NCBI GenBank assembly: GCA_951406725.2
Contig: OX597824.1
Span: 83,204,001 to 83,268,000, forward strand
DNA from: Octopus vulgaris
Taxonomy: Eukaryota
DNA length: 64,000 bases
Direction: 5' to 3'
In this document: piece after piece, positions 12,422 through 25,984 of the stretch
Layout of the letters: each line of letters opens with the position of its first letter
Numbering within the stretch: the stretch's first letter is position 1
Made by a program: the position numbers and the translations under genes
Notes under the pieces: generated by a model
Databases searched by the model: none
Seen by the model: only the letters and a program-made list of their open reading frames with translations
Told to the model about the DNA's origin: nothing

Positions 12422-12504
12422 TTATATATATAAATGTGGCTACCACAATCACAGATGACATAGCAGCAGGTACTATGCTTCCCCTAATTGTTTTACATGC
12501 AAGT

Positions 12505-12547
<43 letters not shown>

Positions 12548-12968
12548 CACTGAACTTCTTTTTTTTTTAACTAATTACGTGGTTCACAGCACATACAATC
12601 TCTTTTGCTGATTGGTTATTTCTCATCAGTACCACACACACCATTAATATAATATACAACACCAGTTTTACCAGCTGCAATCTTCTGCACCGTAATTCTG
12701 CGTCTGCAGTACAGACAGGCTGACAATATATCATTTACACACCATGGCAGATCTGGACGTTTCCTAATTTTATTATTTCACATCTGATTCAATATATTTT
12801 CGTTTATGTTTCTTGCTTCTAATCAGTAGATGTCAAAGTACTTTGACATTCATCCAAGATGGCCACAACTGGAATGTCTTTGATCATACATCTAACGCAA
12901 TCTGGATAAAATAGCAATCACATCAATGGATTTATCTTTCCTAATTCTTGTTTCCACCTCTTCATATA

Positions 12969-13026
<58 letters not shown>

Positions 13027-13126
13027 GCATGCGTGCACGCTCTCTTCTGTTGTTAATTATTTGAAGTCTCCCTGTAAGGAAGGAGCTGGATTTTAACACA
13101 GATACAAAGGTCCATCATTAGAATGT

Positions 13127-13476
13127 CATCACCATCATCGTTTAACGTCCGTTCTCCACGCTAGCATGGCTTGGACGGCTCGACCGGGGTCTGGGAAGCC
13201 AGGAAGCTGCACCAGGCTCCAGTCTGATCTGGCAGTGTTTCTACAGCTGGATGACCTTCCTAACGCCAACCATTCCGTGAGTGTAGTGGGTGCTTTTTAC
13301 GTACCACCAGCACAGGTGCCAGGCGAGGCTGGTAATGACCACGATCGGTTGGTGCTTTTTACATGCCACCGGCACGGAAGCCAGTCAAGGCAGCGCTTGC
13401 ATCGACCACGTTCGGATGGTGCTTTTTACGTGCCACCGGCACAGGTATCACAGCTACAATTTCCATTTGATTTTTT
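13127..13476 (-). mobile_element. Retroposon family D with three internal modules
   Basis: (GAT)n-type tail, GGTTGGCGTTAGGAAG..CATCCAGCTGTAG motif, repeated ggtgctttttacgtgccaccggcac. Confidence 0.88.
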
Positions 13477-14695
13477 GATCTTGATGTACTTGACTCAATA
13501 GGTGAAACCTTTCAAGGTGGTGCCCCAGCATGGTCACAGCATGAAACAAGTAAAAGGTATGTTTGTTTAAAATCTGTATCTGCCAAGTAGGAGGATGTTG
13601 TGGCTTGAGAAGAAGTCTTCGTTTTGATTTCTTCTTTCATCCTTCCATTCAATATAACAAATGTATGTTGCATTAAGATCAGAAACCAAAAATCTTGTAT
13701 TATGCACCAAATTTGGTGTTGTTTAGTCCCAAGTCAGTCCTGATTGAACAGACTTATGATCAACGACATTCCAGTCAGGCCCATACCATGCTTTTGAACA
13801 ACATTGTCCGACAAGTTCTCTTTTGGTCAAAAAACGACACGGTGTAATTTGATGCATAATCAGCTGCTATTTCTAGCAAATTGAGCAGATTGCACAGAGA
13901 GGCATTTTGTATCAGATTGTAGTCGTGCTGATAATCATTGTTTAGAACAGTTTTGCTAATCAAATCACTTAACCCGCTTTAAAAGATAATAAATATAGAT
14001 ATCTTCTACTGGCATTGAACATTAACCCCAGCTGAGTCCTGATTGGACAATCCTGAGATCAAAAATGTTCCAGCTGTGGCCATCTGGTCTTTTTCTTCTC
14101 AAATGTGAACTCCCGCTCTTAGACAAAAGGATGTGAACTGAAGGTGGTCTGACTGTTATTTCTAGTAGATTGATTGACTACAAACAGGCTCTCTTGCATT
14201 GTTTCTGACATTACATAATCCTTATAATATATTTAGGCAAAAATAATTTTTCCTTTTCCATATTTATATATTTTCTTAATTATTTTTGCAGAATACAGCT
14301 ACAATGGATTCTGGATATGATAAAGCAAAACGACAGTTCACTGCTGACTATCCAACCTAACCCTCTAAGACGATGGGCAGTTGGGGAGCATCTCCTCCTC
14401 CACCACCACCACAACCATCACCATCAAGCAGCAATCTGTCACTTCCAGAGATTATAAATAAATTAAAGATTTAATAATTTAAGTGGACAGCAGGATCATA
14501 TTAATTCCCTTAATTAATTTGCAGCCTGCAATCAACCATCTAACCAACCATATTATATATGTTGTTGTCATTGTTGTTGTTGCTGCTGTTCTTGTTCAAT
14601 CAGTCATCTCTGATTGAGCAAAAGCATTCCAAATATGACCACCTCCTCATAATCCAATGCCTACAGTGTTGTTTTTAAAATAATAAGGTTGTAAT

Positions 14696-15235
14696 TTAAC
14701 CCTTTAGCATTCGGATTACTCTTTCAAATCATCATCATCATCATTTAACGTCCGCTTTCCATGCCAGCATGGGTTGGACGATTTGACTGAGTTTCTACAG
14801 CTGGATGCCCTTCCTAATGCCAACCACTCCGAGAGTGTAATGGGTGCTTTTTATGTGTCACTGGCACGAGGGCCAGTCAGGTGGTACTGGCAACGGCCAC
14901 GCTCAAATGGTGCTTTTTATGTGCCACCTACACAGGAGCCAGTTCAGCGACAGTGGCAACGACCTCGCTCGAATGTTTTTTTCACGTGCCACCAGTACAA
15001 GTGCTAGTAAGGCGACGCAGGTAACAATCACGCTCAAATGGTATTTTTAACGTGCCATCAGCATATAAAGCTTATTTATTCAAACTGTTTTGAATTAATC
15101 ATGCTTTGAAATTTCAATGATGTGATTGTTTATTTTTGGAGTGACATGGAAGGGTAGGTGTGAGAGGTCAGACCTGGTTGATTTCAACATGAAACAGCGA
15201 GAATATTTGGGCCGGTTTAAATGCCAAAGGGTGAA
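14696..15235. mobile_element. TTAA-flanked piggyBac-like MITE containing a family-D element (14728-15063, four modules)
   Basis: ttaaccctttagcatt...aatgccaaagggtgaa; homologous to 55589-55815 and 20806-20965. Confidence 0.75.
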
Positions 15236-15434
15236 AAAAAAAGTGGGGGTCTAGTTTCAATACTAGCAGGTAAAATAACTACATACAGATTCCTTTACAG
15301 GTTTGACTGTTATTATTTAGCTACGGGTCAGCTCTGACTCATAAACCTATGATCAAAAGAATTCCAGACTTGACCATTCCATCTTATTGTATATTGGGGA
15401 CTACATTCAACGTCAACACCAACTTCAAAATATA

Positions 15435-15783
15435 AATCAAATGGAAATTGTAGTCAAGATACCCATGCCAATAACACGTAAAAAGCACTGTCCGAACATG
15501 GCAGATGCCAGCGCCGCATGACTGGCGTCCATGTCGGTGACTCGTAAAAGCACCAACCGATCATGGCCATTTGCCAGCCTCCTCTGGCCCCTGTGCCGGT
15601 GGAACGTAAAAAGCACCCACTACACTCACAGAGTGGTTGGCATTAGGAAGGGCATCCAGCTGTAGAAACACTGCCAGATCAGACTGGAGCCTGGTGTAGC
15701 CTCCTGGCCTTCCAGACCCTGGTTGAACCATCCAACACATGCTAGCATGGAAAACAGACGTTAAACGACGAAGATGATAATGA
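15435..15783 (+). mobile_element. Retroposon family D, apparently full length
   Basis: Starts aaatcaaatggaaattgtag (same 5' end as the 13127-13476 copy), three modules, ends catggaaaacagacgttaaacg(atg). Confidence 0.88.
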
Positions 15784-17474
15784 TTCACCGAGCATGTTTT
15801 GCTTTTCAATTTGTTTCTTTTAAAGATTTCAGTGAGATTTAATCGCTATTTCTAGCATGTTAAAAAAGCCACATAGATGCTCACTCAGCAGCTCGTATCA
15901 CACACGATATTGCTAGGTTAAACCTAACTAAAGGTGTTCCAACCATAACCTGATCTAACAGACCTCTAATCAAAAGGTGTTTTCTAAACTATTTCTCCTT
16001 TACTTCTCATTCACAACTGTTTCGTCTCCCAACATCAGAGTTTATTTAGGATCAATACAGGTAAGTTTCCTTTGTAAACATGTTTAAAAATATACCTTGG
16101 TTCCATAATTTATCTTTCTAATGCTTTCACAATACATATAACAGACTTTGTTTTTCAATGCCTCTTTTTTGCATTGTATTAACAGAAACAAACCACCATA
16201 TGTTGGATAATGATTAAGTACCATATGGTTATATGGGGAACATAGATGTGGCAGAGAAAGACTGTGGAAGTACCATATGTTGGCGGTGCAATAATACAGA
16301 TGTAGCAGGGGGAAATAGGGGTAGACTAAGAAAGGTAGAGAATGAACTAGCGATCCAGATATTGGGATGCTAGGTCTTACAAACAGAATGAATCCTATCC
16401 TTGCCTCCTCATGGAACAGAACAGAACCATTTTTATGAGATTTTCAAAAAAAAAAAAAAAGGTATAAAGATGGTGTTATTAAAAATTTTGTGATATGAAT
16501 ATCTGAAACTTGACAGACAAAAAAAATAAGACAAATATCTATCTATCTAATTCTCTCTCTCTCTATCTCTCTCTCTCTCTCTCTGTTTTCACACACACAC
16601 ACACACACACGTTAGTTGAATAAGGATTTATTGTGGGAAGTGGAAGGTCTAATCAATGCCTCTCTGTAAGGCACTGAAATTTCCAATCCACACTCTAAGC
16701 CTGCATGCATGCGTGCATGCGTGCGTGTATGTGTGTGTGAGTGTGTGTGTGTGTGAGTGTGTGTGTGTGTATGTATGTATGTATGTATGTATGTGTGTAT
16801 GAGTCCAACTCAAGCCAGCATGGAACATGGACATTATAATTGATATATATATATATATATTTATACACACACACACACACAACACACACACACACACACA
16901 CACACACACTCATGCATGCATGCATGTGTGTATCTATATGCACCAATTTAGCTCCTCAAGAATACACACACGCACACTATGCATATGTGTACATATATAC
17001 ACACTTGTATTAGGTGCATCTTATCATACCAGCTGCATATATAAGTGTGTGTGTATGTGTGTGTGTGTGTGTGTGCATTCTTGAAGAGATCAATCAACGC
17101 AGACTTCTTTCTAGCAGAGAAACGGCAGAAGGCTGATCTATCGCCACGCTCATCTTCAAAAGGTTAAAAGTAATAATGGTATATACACAACTTCAGAGAC
17201 GTATTCGGTGTGCAAGCTATAAATTGAAAAAGCAGAATATTTTTGCCTCAGAAAAGAAAGAATGCATCTTATTCTCATCATACATATTTTAGTGGAGTTC
17301 CATATAAGCTAAGCCTTATCTCTTGAGCTTCAAACACTCTGACCTGACTTCAAGATAAACTCTTGCTCACTCCAGTATGCTGTGAGAAGGAATAAAAGGG
17401 CGGTAGAGCAACACAACGACTTCACCTGCCTCATCTCCTCGGTTACAAAGATTTTTATAAATAAATAAATATTA

Positions 17475-17860
17475 CACTCTTTTACTTGTTTTAGTCACTT
17501 GACTGTGGCCATGCTGAAGCACTGACTTTCGGTGAACAAATCGACCCCAGGACTTATACTTTGTAAGCCTAGTACTTATTCTATCGGTCACTTTTGCCGA
17601 ATCGCTAAGTTACGGGTACGTAACCACACCAGCATTGATTGTCAAGCGATGGTGGGGGAAACAAAGACAAACACACACACACACATATATATATATACAT
17701 ATACACAATGGGCTTCTTTCAGTTTCTGTTTACCAAATCCACTCACTAGGCTTTGGTCAACCCGAGGCTATATTAGAAGACACTTGCCCAAGGTGCCATG
17801 CAGTGGGACTGAACCCAGAACCATGTGGTTGGTACACAAGCTACTTACCACACAGCCACT
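17475..17860 (-). mobile_element. SINE family B
   Basis: Matches the B consensus inferred from other copies. Confidence 0.88.
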
Positions 17861-18397
17861 AATTAAAATAACATGAGGAAGTCTGGTACTTAGCCTATCA
17901 GTGTCTTCTACCAAATCGCTACATTACAGGGATGTAAACAAACCAACATTGGTTGTCAAATGATGATGAGGGAAGGAACAAACACACACATGTGGCAGGC
18001 TTCAACACATTACCCATTTATCAAATTTACTTACAAGGCATTGGTCGGCCCATGGCACACTTGCTCTAAGTACAGAGCAGAGGGACTGAACCCAAAACCA
18101 AATGGTTGCAAAGCAAGCTTCTTGACACCACAGCCATGCCTATGCCTATACATATTGTATCATTACTATCTTACATCTGCTTTCTACCTTGGTATTGAGT
18201 GGACAGGGTTGTCGCCATCTAAGTTCATGTCCAGGGCTCCCATATTCTTAGACAATGCAGAGGATCATTTCTCACATATTCTGTTTTTGGCATGATGTCT
18301 ACAACTGGAAGTGCTTCCAAATACCAACCATGGTACAGAGTGTAAAGAATGCATTTTACTGTGATACCAACACTAGAATGGTAGTTATATCCTTAAT

Positions 18398-19035
18398 AGG
18401 TGAGACAGCAAGCTTGCTTGCAGAATCATTCACACATCAGACAAAATGTTTAGTGACCCCTTTTTTTCTGGTTTTTCACACTCCAAGTTCAAATACCACT
18501 AAAGTTGACGTTACCTTTCATCCTTGTGGGGTCAATAAAATAAGTACCAGCTGAGCTTTGGGGTCAATAACATAAGTACAAACTAAGCATTGGGGTCAAT
18601 GTAATTGACTTACCAAGGCAGCGAGCTGGTAGAGGCGGCAAGCTGGCAGAAACGTTAGCATGCCGGGCGAAATGCTTACCGGTATTTCGTATGCCGTTAT
18701 GTTCTGAGTTCAAATTCCGCCGAGATCGACTTTGCCTTTCATCCTTTCAGGGTCGATTAAATAAGTTTCAGTTACGCACTGGGGTCGATATAATTGACTT
18801 AATCCGTTTGTCTGTCCCTGTTTGTCCTCTCTGTGTTTAGCCCCTTGTGGGTAGTAAAGAAATAGGTATTTTCATCTGACTTTAGGTTCTGAGTTCAAAT
18901 TCTGCAGAGGTCAGCTTTGCCTTTCATCCTTTTGGGGGTCGATAAAATAAGCACCAGTTGAGCAATGGGGGCGATGCAATCGACATACTCTTCCCCTAAA
19001 ACTGCTGGCCTTGTGCCAAAATTGGAAATCAATAT
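18398..19035 (+). mobile_element. Cluster of SINE-C relatives: a young copy (18632-18869) inside or next to older copies
   Basis: Three head-to-tail occurrences of gttcaaat...ctttcatcctt...ggggtc(g/a)at(a/t)aaataag. Confidence 0.85.
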
Positions 19036-20279
19036 AATCGACTTACCCTCTGCCTTAATTTGTTGATAGTGTTTCAAATTTTTAAACCATATCTTCAAAG
19101 CTCACAAACCCCTTTACAGAGTGTACTGCGTGCATTTTACGATGGCATCAGCACTAGTGAGGTTGCTAAGTACTCTAGCAAAACAAAGGGGTCTTCAGTA
19201 TTCTACAGTGACTCCTTTCATTCAAGGAAATATAACCAGCATAGTGCAGAGAAGAGAAAGACGAATGCAATGTATGAACTGGTTGTGATGGGGGAGAAAG
19301 AAGCTGAGAGTATAATGAAGAAAACAGCAGAGCAATGGTGGAGGAGGTGGGGGAGGGCATCGGGAGGGGGTGGGGGCGAGAAGTAAAAGTGAAAGAAGCA
19401 GTGAAGGCTTGAAGGAGTAACAGCAGGGTACACTAAGAGAAGAGGATACTAATGGCACCTAAAGAGACAGACAGACAGAGACACACACACACACACAGAC
19501 AGACAGACAGATACACAGGCAGACAGACAGACATACAGACAGGTTGGGTAGTCACCAAGAGAGTGTGATGTATGTTGATAACATTATTCAAGAAACCACC
19601 ACCCCCATCCACCCTCACCCCACCCCCACCCACACACAACTACAGCACACAAAGCTTTATACTCAATTAGGAAGCTATTATTATAATACATACAGCTAAG
19701 TGGACACTGGGCATAGTTAATGTAATGAACTGAGAAAATTTAATTAATTAAACTTACACTCATAATAATCGGAATCAATCATTTGACCAGAATCAGTCAT
19801 TAAGATAATTGGATCTTCTCACTCCGGGTGTAATTTTTAAAAAAATTAATTAAAATCTTTTGGCTCACTGCATTATGTTAGTGCACACTACACTTTACAA
19901 ATTATTATTGATGCAGCAGGCGTCCATGGGTATCTGCTTTCACACCACACATACCTCCCCTGCTATATTCTGTCTGGTACTTTTTATCTATGTTATCTTC
20001 CTCTACTGTGTATTCTATCCCCAGAATTTTATTACTGAGTTCAAAAGGAGCTTCTATGCAAGTACGCAAGCCACAAGAATTAGCAGCCAAATCTCCTTTA
20101 AATCATACCCTACTTTTGTAAGAAAAATGGAAAACACACATTGGATAATGTAGTCCAAGATGCACAGTGAACAAATACAAAACATGGTATGATCATGATA
20201 GAAAAAAAATCTCTGCTTTTATAAGTCTGCAGGATCAAGAATGACCACGGGTTAAACGGCAACACAACAAAAAATTTAC

Positions 20280-20447
20280 AAGGCATAAGAGTGGCTCTGT
20301 GGTAAGTAGCTTGCTTACCAACCACATGGTTCCGGGTTCAGTCCCACTGCGTGGCACTTTGGGCAAGTGTCTTCTACTATAGCCTTCGGGCCGACCAAAG
20401 CCTTGTGAGTGGATTTGGTGGACGGAAACTGAAAGAAGCCCGTCGTA

Positions 20448-20502
<55 letters not shown>

Positions 20503-20718
20503 GTGCGTGTATATGTTTGTGCATCTGTGTTTGTCCCCCAACATCGCTTGACAACTGATGCTGGTGTTTTTATGTCCCCGTAACTTAGCGGTTCGGCAAA
20601 AGAGACCGGCAGAATATGTACTAGGCTTACAAAGAATAAGTCCTGGGATCGATTTGCTCAACTAAAGGTGGTGCTCCAGCATGGCCGCAGTCAAATAACT
20701 GAAACAAGTAAAAGAGTA
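20280..20718 (+). mobile_element. SINE family B, full length
   Basis: Head to tail with internal (TA)n. Confidence 0.92.
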
Positions 20719-20967
20719 AGTGACTAAAGGAGCTTCTACGGAGTCATCCAAGCAACTAGAAATAGTAGCCAAATCTCCATCAATTCACATTGTGCTGATC
20801 TGGTGGTTAACCCTTCAGCATTTAATCCAGCCATATCCAACCCGAATACTCTATACCTGTTTTATGTTAAAACTGTCCAAATCCAACCTCTCACACCAGC
20901 TGCGCAATGCCATTCTAATAATGTACAAACACACCGTTGAAATCTTGAAGCCACAAGATAATGTCTT

Positions 20968-21376
20968 TTCTCTTTCACTTGTTTCAGTCATTTGACTGCG
21001 GCCATGCTGGAGCACCGCCTTTAGTCGAGCAAATCGACCCCAAGACTTATTCTTTGTAAGCCTAGTACTTATTCTATCGGTCTCTTTTGCCGAACCGCTA
21101 AGTTATGGAGACGTAAACACACCAGCATCGGTTGTCAAGCGATGTTGGGGGGGGGATAAACACAGACACACAAACATACATACACACACACATATATATA
21201 TACATATATACGACGGGCTTCTTTCAGTTTCCGTCTACCAAATCCACTCACAAGGCTTTGGTCGGCCCGAGGCTATAGCAGAAGATACTTGCCCAAGGTG
21301 CCACGCAGTGGGACTGAACCCGGAACCATGTGGTTGGTAAGCAAGCTACTTACCACACAGCCACTCCTACGCCTAT
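20968..21376 (-). mobile_element. SINE family B, full length, young
   Basis: CpG-retaining copy close to consensus. Confidence 0.93.
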
Positions 21377-21424
21377 GTGTGATGAATTCAAAACAATGTG
21401 AATGAATAAGCAATACATTTGACC

Positions 21425-21432
21425 AATAACTA

Positions 21433-21467
<35 letters not shown>

Positions 21468-21628
21468 ACTACCACTACTACTACTACTACTACTGCTGCT
21501 ATTACCACTACTACTACTACTACCACCACCACCACCACACTACTACTACTACTACTACTACCACTACTACTACTACTACCACCACTACTACCACCACTAC
21601 TACTACCACCACTACTACTACTACTACC

Positions 21629-21660
<32 letters not shown>

Positions 21661-21688
21661 CACCACCACCGCCACCACTACTACCACA
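21425..21688. repeat. (CTA)n/(CCA)n microsatellite
   Basis: Direct reading. Confidence 0.97.
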
Positions 21689-21979
21689 ATGTATTGCGTT
21701 GGAACAAAAGTTCATACTGGCTTTCAACTGATGGTGCTTAAACACAGGATTTCCATTTATCACATGACAGAAGCATATGGCATGCACATATATCTTCCGA
21801 AAGGTGACATTTCAACAGGTCTTGCCATATTGATTACTGTGGGGATAGATTACTTCAACTGATTAATGTTAAAAGGAAGAATGGAGGAGAATGAAATACA
21901 CTTTTGTCATTTGTTGCTATTTTTTTTTATTTTCAGAAAAGAAAAACTTTGTACAAACAGAAAAAAAAAATTGATATGT

Positions 21980-22151
21980 ACAGGCAGGAGTGGCTGTGTG
22001 GTAAGTAGCTTGTTTACCAACCACATGGTTCCGGGTTCAGTCCCACTGCGTGGCATCTTGAGCAAGTGTCTTCTGCTATAGCCTTGGGCCAATCAAAGCC
22101 TTGTGAGTGGATTTGGTAGATGGAAACTGAAAGAAGCCTGTCGTATATATG

Positions 22152-22240
<89 letters not shown>

Positions 22241-22457
22241 TTGTGTGTCTGTGTTTGTCCCTCTAGCATAGCTTGACAACCGATGCTGGTGTGTTTACAT
22301 CCCCGTCACTTAGCCGTTCGGCAAAAAAGACCGATAGAATAAGTACTGGGCTTACAAAAGAATAAGTCCCGGGGTCGATTTGCTCGACTAAAGGTAGTGG
22401 TACTCCAGCATGGCCGCAGTCAAATGGCTGAAACAAGTAAAAGAGTAAAAGAAAGAG
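21980..22457 (+). mobile_element. SINE family B inside the mariner
   Basis: Full length, long internal (TG)n. Confidence 0.92.
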
Positions 22458-22619
22458 TTTATGAAGGTTGCGCCATAGCCAAGAGGACTGTTTGTAAGTG
22501 GTTTGCTAGGGTTAGGACTGGAAACGTTGATTAGGAAGACCACGGACGTTCTTCTGGCAGGCCTAAGCTGTTGATGATGACTGAATCAACACACTAACCA
22601 AGAATGGTCCAGGTCCACA

Positions 22620-23072
22620 CTCTCTTTCTCTTTTTTACTCTCTTTCTCTTTTTTACTCTCTTTCTCTTTTTTACTCTCTTTTATTTGTTTCAGTCATTTG
22701 ACTGCGGCCATCCTGGAGCACCGCCTTTAATCGAGCAACTCTGACCCCGGGACTTATTCTTTGTAAGCCCAGTACTTATTCTATTGGTCTCTTTTTGCCA
22801 AACCGCTAAGTGACGGGGACATAAACACACCAGCATCGGTTGTCAAGCAATGCTAGGGGGACAAACACAGACACACAAATGCACACACATACATATATAT
22901 ATATACATATATACGACGGGCTTCTTTCAGTTTCCGTCTACCAAATCCACTCACAAGGCTTTGGTCGGCCCGAGGCTATAGTAGAAGTCACTTGCCCAAG
23001 GTGCCACGCAGTGGGGCTAAACCTGGAACCATGTGGTTGGTAAACAAGCTACTTACCACACAGCCACTCCTA
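22620..23072 (-). mobile_element. SINE family B inside the mariner, with an expanded 20-bp tail repeat
   Basis: Full length; tctctttctcttttttactc three times at 22621-22680. Confidence 0.92.
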
Positions 23073-23399
23073 CACGACACAAGACTTTATAGAGATACTT
23101 CATATATCTCATATGAACATTATAAAGCATTTGAAAATGCTTGGATATATGGATTTCTGGTAATGTCTGAGTGCATCATGATTGAATGGAAAAACTTAAT
23201 GGATTGCATCTTCATCTGTGATTCTCTGCTTAAACACAATAAAAACCCATTTTTAAAAGAATGGTCCCAAGTGATGAAAAATGGTTGGTGTTAGGAAGAG
23301 CATCCAGTCATAGAAAACCATGCCAAATCAGATTGGAACCTGGTGTAGCTCTTTCAGCTTACTAGTTTCGGTTAAACAGTCTAACCCATACCAGCACAG

Positions 23400-23718
23400 A
23401 AAGGAGGAGGAGGAGAAGAAGAAGATGATGATGATGATGATGATGTTGATGATGGTGATGATGATGATAATAGTAAGAAGAAGAAGAAGAAGAAAAAGAA
23501 GAAGATGATGATAATGTTGATGATGGTGATGATGATGATAATAGTAAGAAGAAGAAAAAGAAGAATAAGAAGAAGAAAAAGAAGAAGAAGCAAAAGAAGA
23601 AGAAGAAGAAGAAGAAGAAGAAGAAGAAGAAGAAGAAGAAGAAGATGATGATGTTGATGATGTTGATGATGTTGATGATGGTGATGATGGTGATGGTGAT
23701 GATGATGATGATGATGAA
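23400..23718. repeat. (GAA)n/(GAT)n compound microsatellite
   Basis: Direct reading. Confidence 0.95.
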
Positions 23719-24499
23719 TATAGAGTGAAAAAGGTCCTGAAGAAAATGAAATAAACCGTTTTTAATTGTTCCAAAAGCTGGTCAGTATCTGAAGGTGATG
23801 CTCAATATGTGGTTGGATTAGAAAAGATATTGTGCATTATGAGTTCCTTCCAAAAAAAAAAAAAAATCAAACATTGAATTCAGATAATTATTGTTCCTAA
23901 TTAGACCAATCAAAGGAGGCAATCAATCAAAAACATCCAGAATGGATCAGTCAGAGGAGTGTAGTCTTCCTTCAAAACAATCTTAGAGCTCATATTTCCA
24001 AGCAAACCTAACAGAAATTGGTACAGCTCGACTGGGATATCCTACCATACATACCATATTCACCTGGAATACATTTTCAGATTACCATTTATTTCAATCC
24101 ATATAAAATTCTCTAAATGGGAAGACCTCCAGTTCTTTGGAAGACTGTAAAAAGCCACTTGGACCAGCTCATGACCCAGAAAAATGCCAAGTTCGGGGAA
24201 GGTTGGATCATGAAGCTGCTCAAAGATGGTGAAAGGGAGAGCAACAAAATAGGACATATGTGGTTGGATAAAACCACGTACCAATATCTAAATGCTTGCT
24301 TTTGAATTTTACATGAAAAGAACAGTATGCACTTTTGTTGCCACCCAATATATTGATGCAAGAATCACGTCAATGCAAATGTGCAAGCAGCTATTGATGG
24401 CGCGGAGAGTTGAACAAAGGCCGGCAGGGGAAGGCACAAACTTTGAAAAGACAAGAGGAATGCAAAGTGAGAGACAAAACAATTTCCACATGCTGGAAT

Positions 24500-24617
24500 G
24501 GTGAAAGAGAAGGAGAAAAAGAGAAAGGAAAAAAAGGATGAGAAGGATCATGATAGTGATGATGATGATGATGATGATGATGAAGGAAGAAGAAAGAAAA
24601 GAAAAGAAAGAAAAGGA

Positions 24618-24649
<32 letters not shown>

Positions 24650-24765
24650 AGGAAGGAAGGAAGGAAGGAAGGAAGGAAGGAAGGAAGGAAGGAAGGAAAG
24701 AAAGAAAGAAAGTAAGAAGAAGAAGTGAAAGAATGATGATGTTGATGATGATTATGAAGAAGAAA
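24500..24765. repeat. Purine-rich (GAT)/(GAAA)/(GGAA) repeats
   Basis: Direct reading. Confidence 0.93.
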
Positions 24766-25417
24766 ATTGATTAATCCTCAGCTTAATCTGATCTGGATTA
24801 TAATTGAAATGTATAAACAACAGGTGCCCTGGGGGAGGAGCAAGGCAAAAAAAAAAAAAAGAAAAGAAAATAATTTATAAAACCTGACTTTATAATTCCG
24901 CACAGATAAAACCGCACAGATAAAAGAGACAGACAGGCTTACTAAGGGATAAGGATGGTGGGAGGGACCAGGGGGTTTTAAACCCCGGTTTCCCTCAGTT
25001 ACAGCTTTAAACCACCACCACCACCACCACCACCACCACCACACCCAATATTGTACCGTCACTTATCTCTTTGTGTGCCCTGATCAAACGAAAACTATGG
25101 ATGCAAGCATGGTTTTGTCGTTTGACCCTCTCATACTGCGTTCCAGCTACAGAGTGAATAGCTTAGACGTCATCTCTGCTGGATTCCTGGTAAAATCATA
25201 ATGAACAACAAACAGAGGAAAAGAAGATGCAGCTGATTCTGTCCAATTGGTTTGCTTGCAATCGTTACTCTTGAGTTTTATATACAACTATTTACTTTTT
25301 TTGCTCAGGAGCCCAGGTGGAGGGTGAATTTAGATGAAGAGGCCTGTGTATGGGAAGGCGAAGAAGTTTTCTTCACAAACACATGGTCTCAGGTTCAATC
25401 ACATTGGGCAGTATATA

Positions 25418-25789
25418 CTCTCTTTTACTTGGTTCAGTCATTTGACTGTGGCCATGCTGGAGCACCACCTTTAGTCGAGCAAATCGACCCCAGGACTTAT
25501 TCTTTGTAAGCCTAGTACTTATTCTATCGATCTCTTTTGCCGAACCACTAAGTTACGGAGATGTAAACACACCAGCATCGGTTGTCAAGCGATGTTGGGG
25601 GGACAAACACATACACATATATACAACGTGCTTCTTTCAGTTTCCATCTACCAGATCCACTCACAAGGCTTTGGTTGGCCTGAGGCTATAGTAGAAGACA
25701 CTTGCCCAAGGTGCCACGCATTGGGACTGAACCCGGAACTATATGGGTGGTAAGCAAGCTACTTACCACACAGCCACTCCTGCGCCTAT
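25418..25789 (-). mobile_element. SINE family B
   Basis: Full length. Confidence 0.92.
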
Positions 25790-25984
25790 CTTCAGATTAA
25801 CTAAAGCACTGTGAGAAAAATTGGGGAAATGAAAATGGTGCAAAAAGCCGTCTGATGGTCGGACAATTTCTTTTCATGGGTGGAAAACAAAAACTAGATT
25901 AACATGACAACCAGCATCAACCACCACAGCCTCTGTCTTCTGTGCTTTTGCAAGCATTTAGGCCCGGTTTCCCGATGGGTATGA

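Larger units (their letters stand above)
21692..24350 (+). mobile_element. Full-length decayed mariner transposon split by two SINE-B insertions, a D remnant and microsatellites
   Basis: TIRs ta-ttgcgttggaacaaaagttcatactg (21692-21719) and cagtatgcacttttgttgccacccaa-ta (24323-24350); collinear transposase pieces MEENEIHFCHLLLF, KRTVCKWFAR, KNLMDCIFICDSLLK..DEKW, KVML..HYEFLP, WDILP..PYSP..DYHLF with stops and frameshifts. Confidence 0.9.

Noticed and set aside
14843-15063. Repeat-spacer appearance of family-D modules
   Set aside because: The variable parts are homologous to one another and lie inside a dispersed retroposon; not CRISPR.
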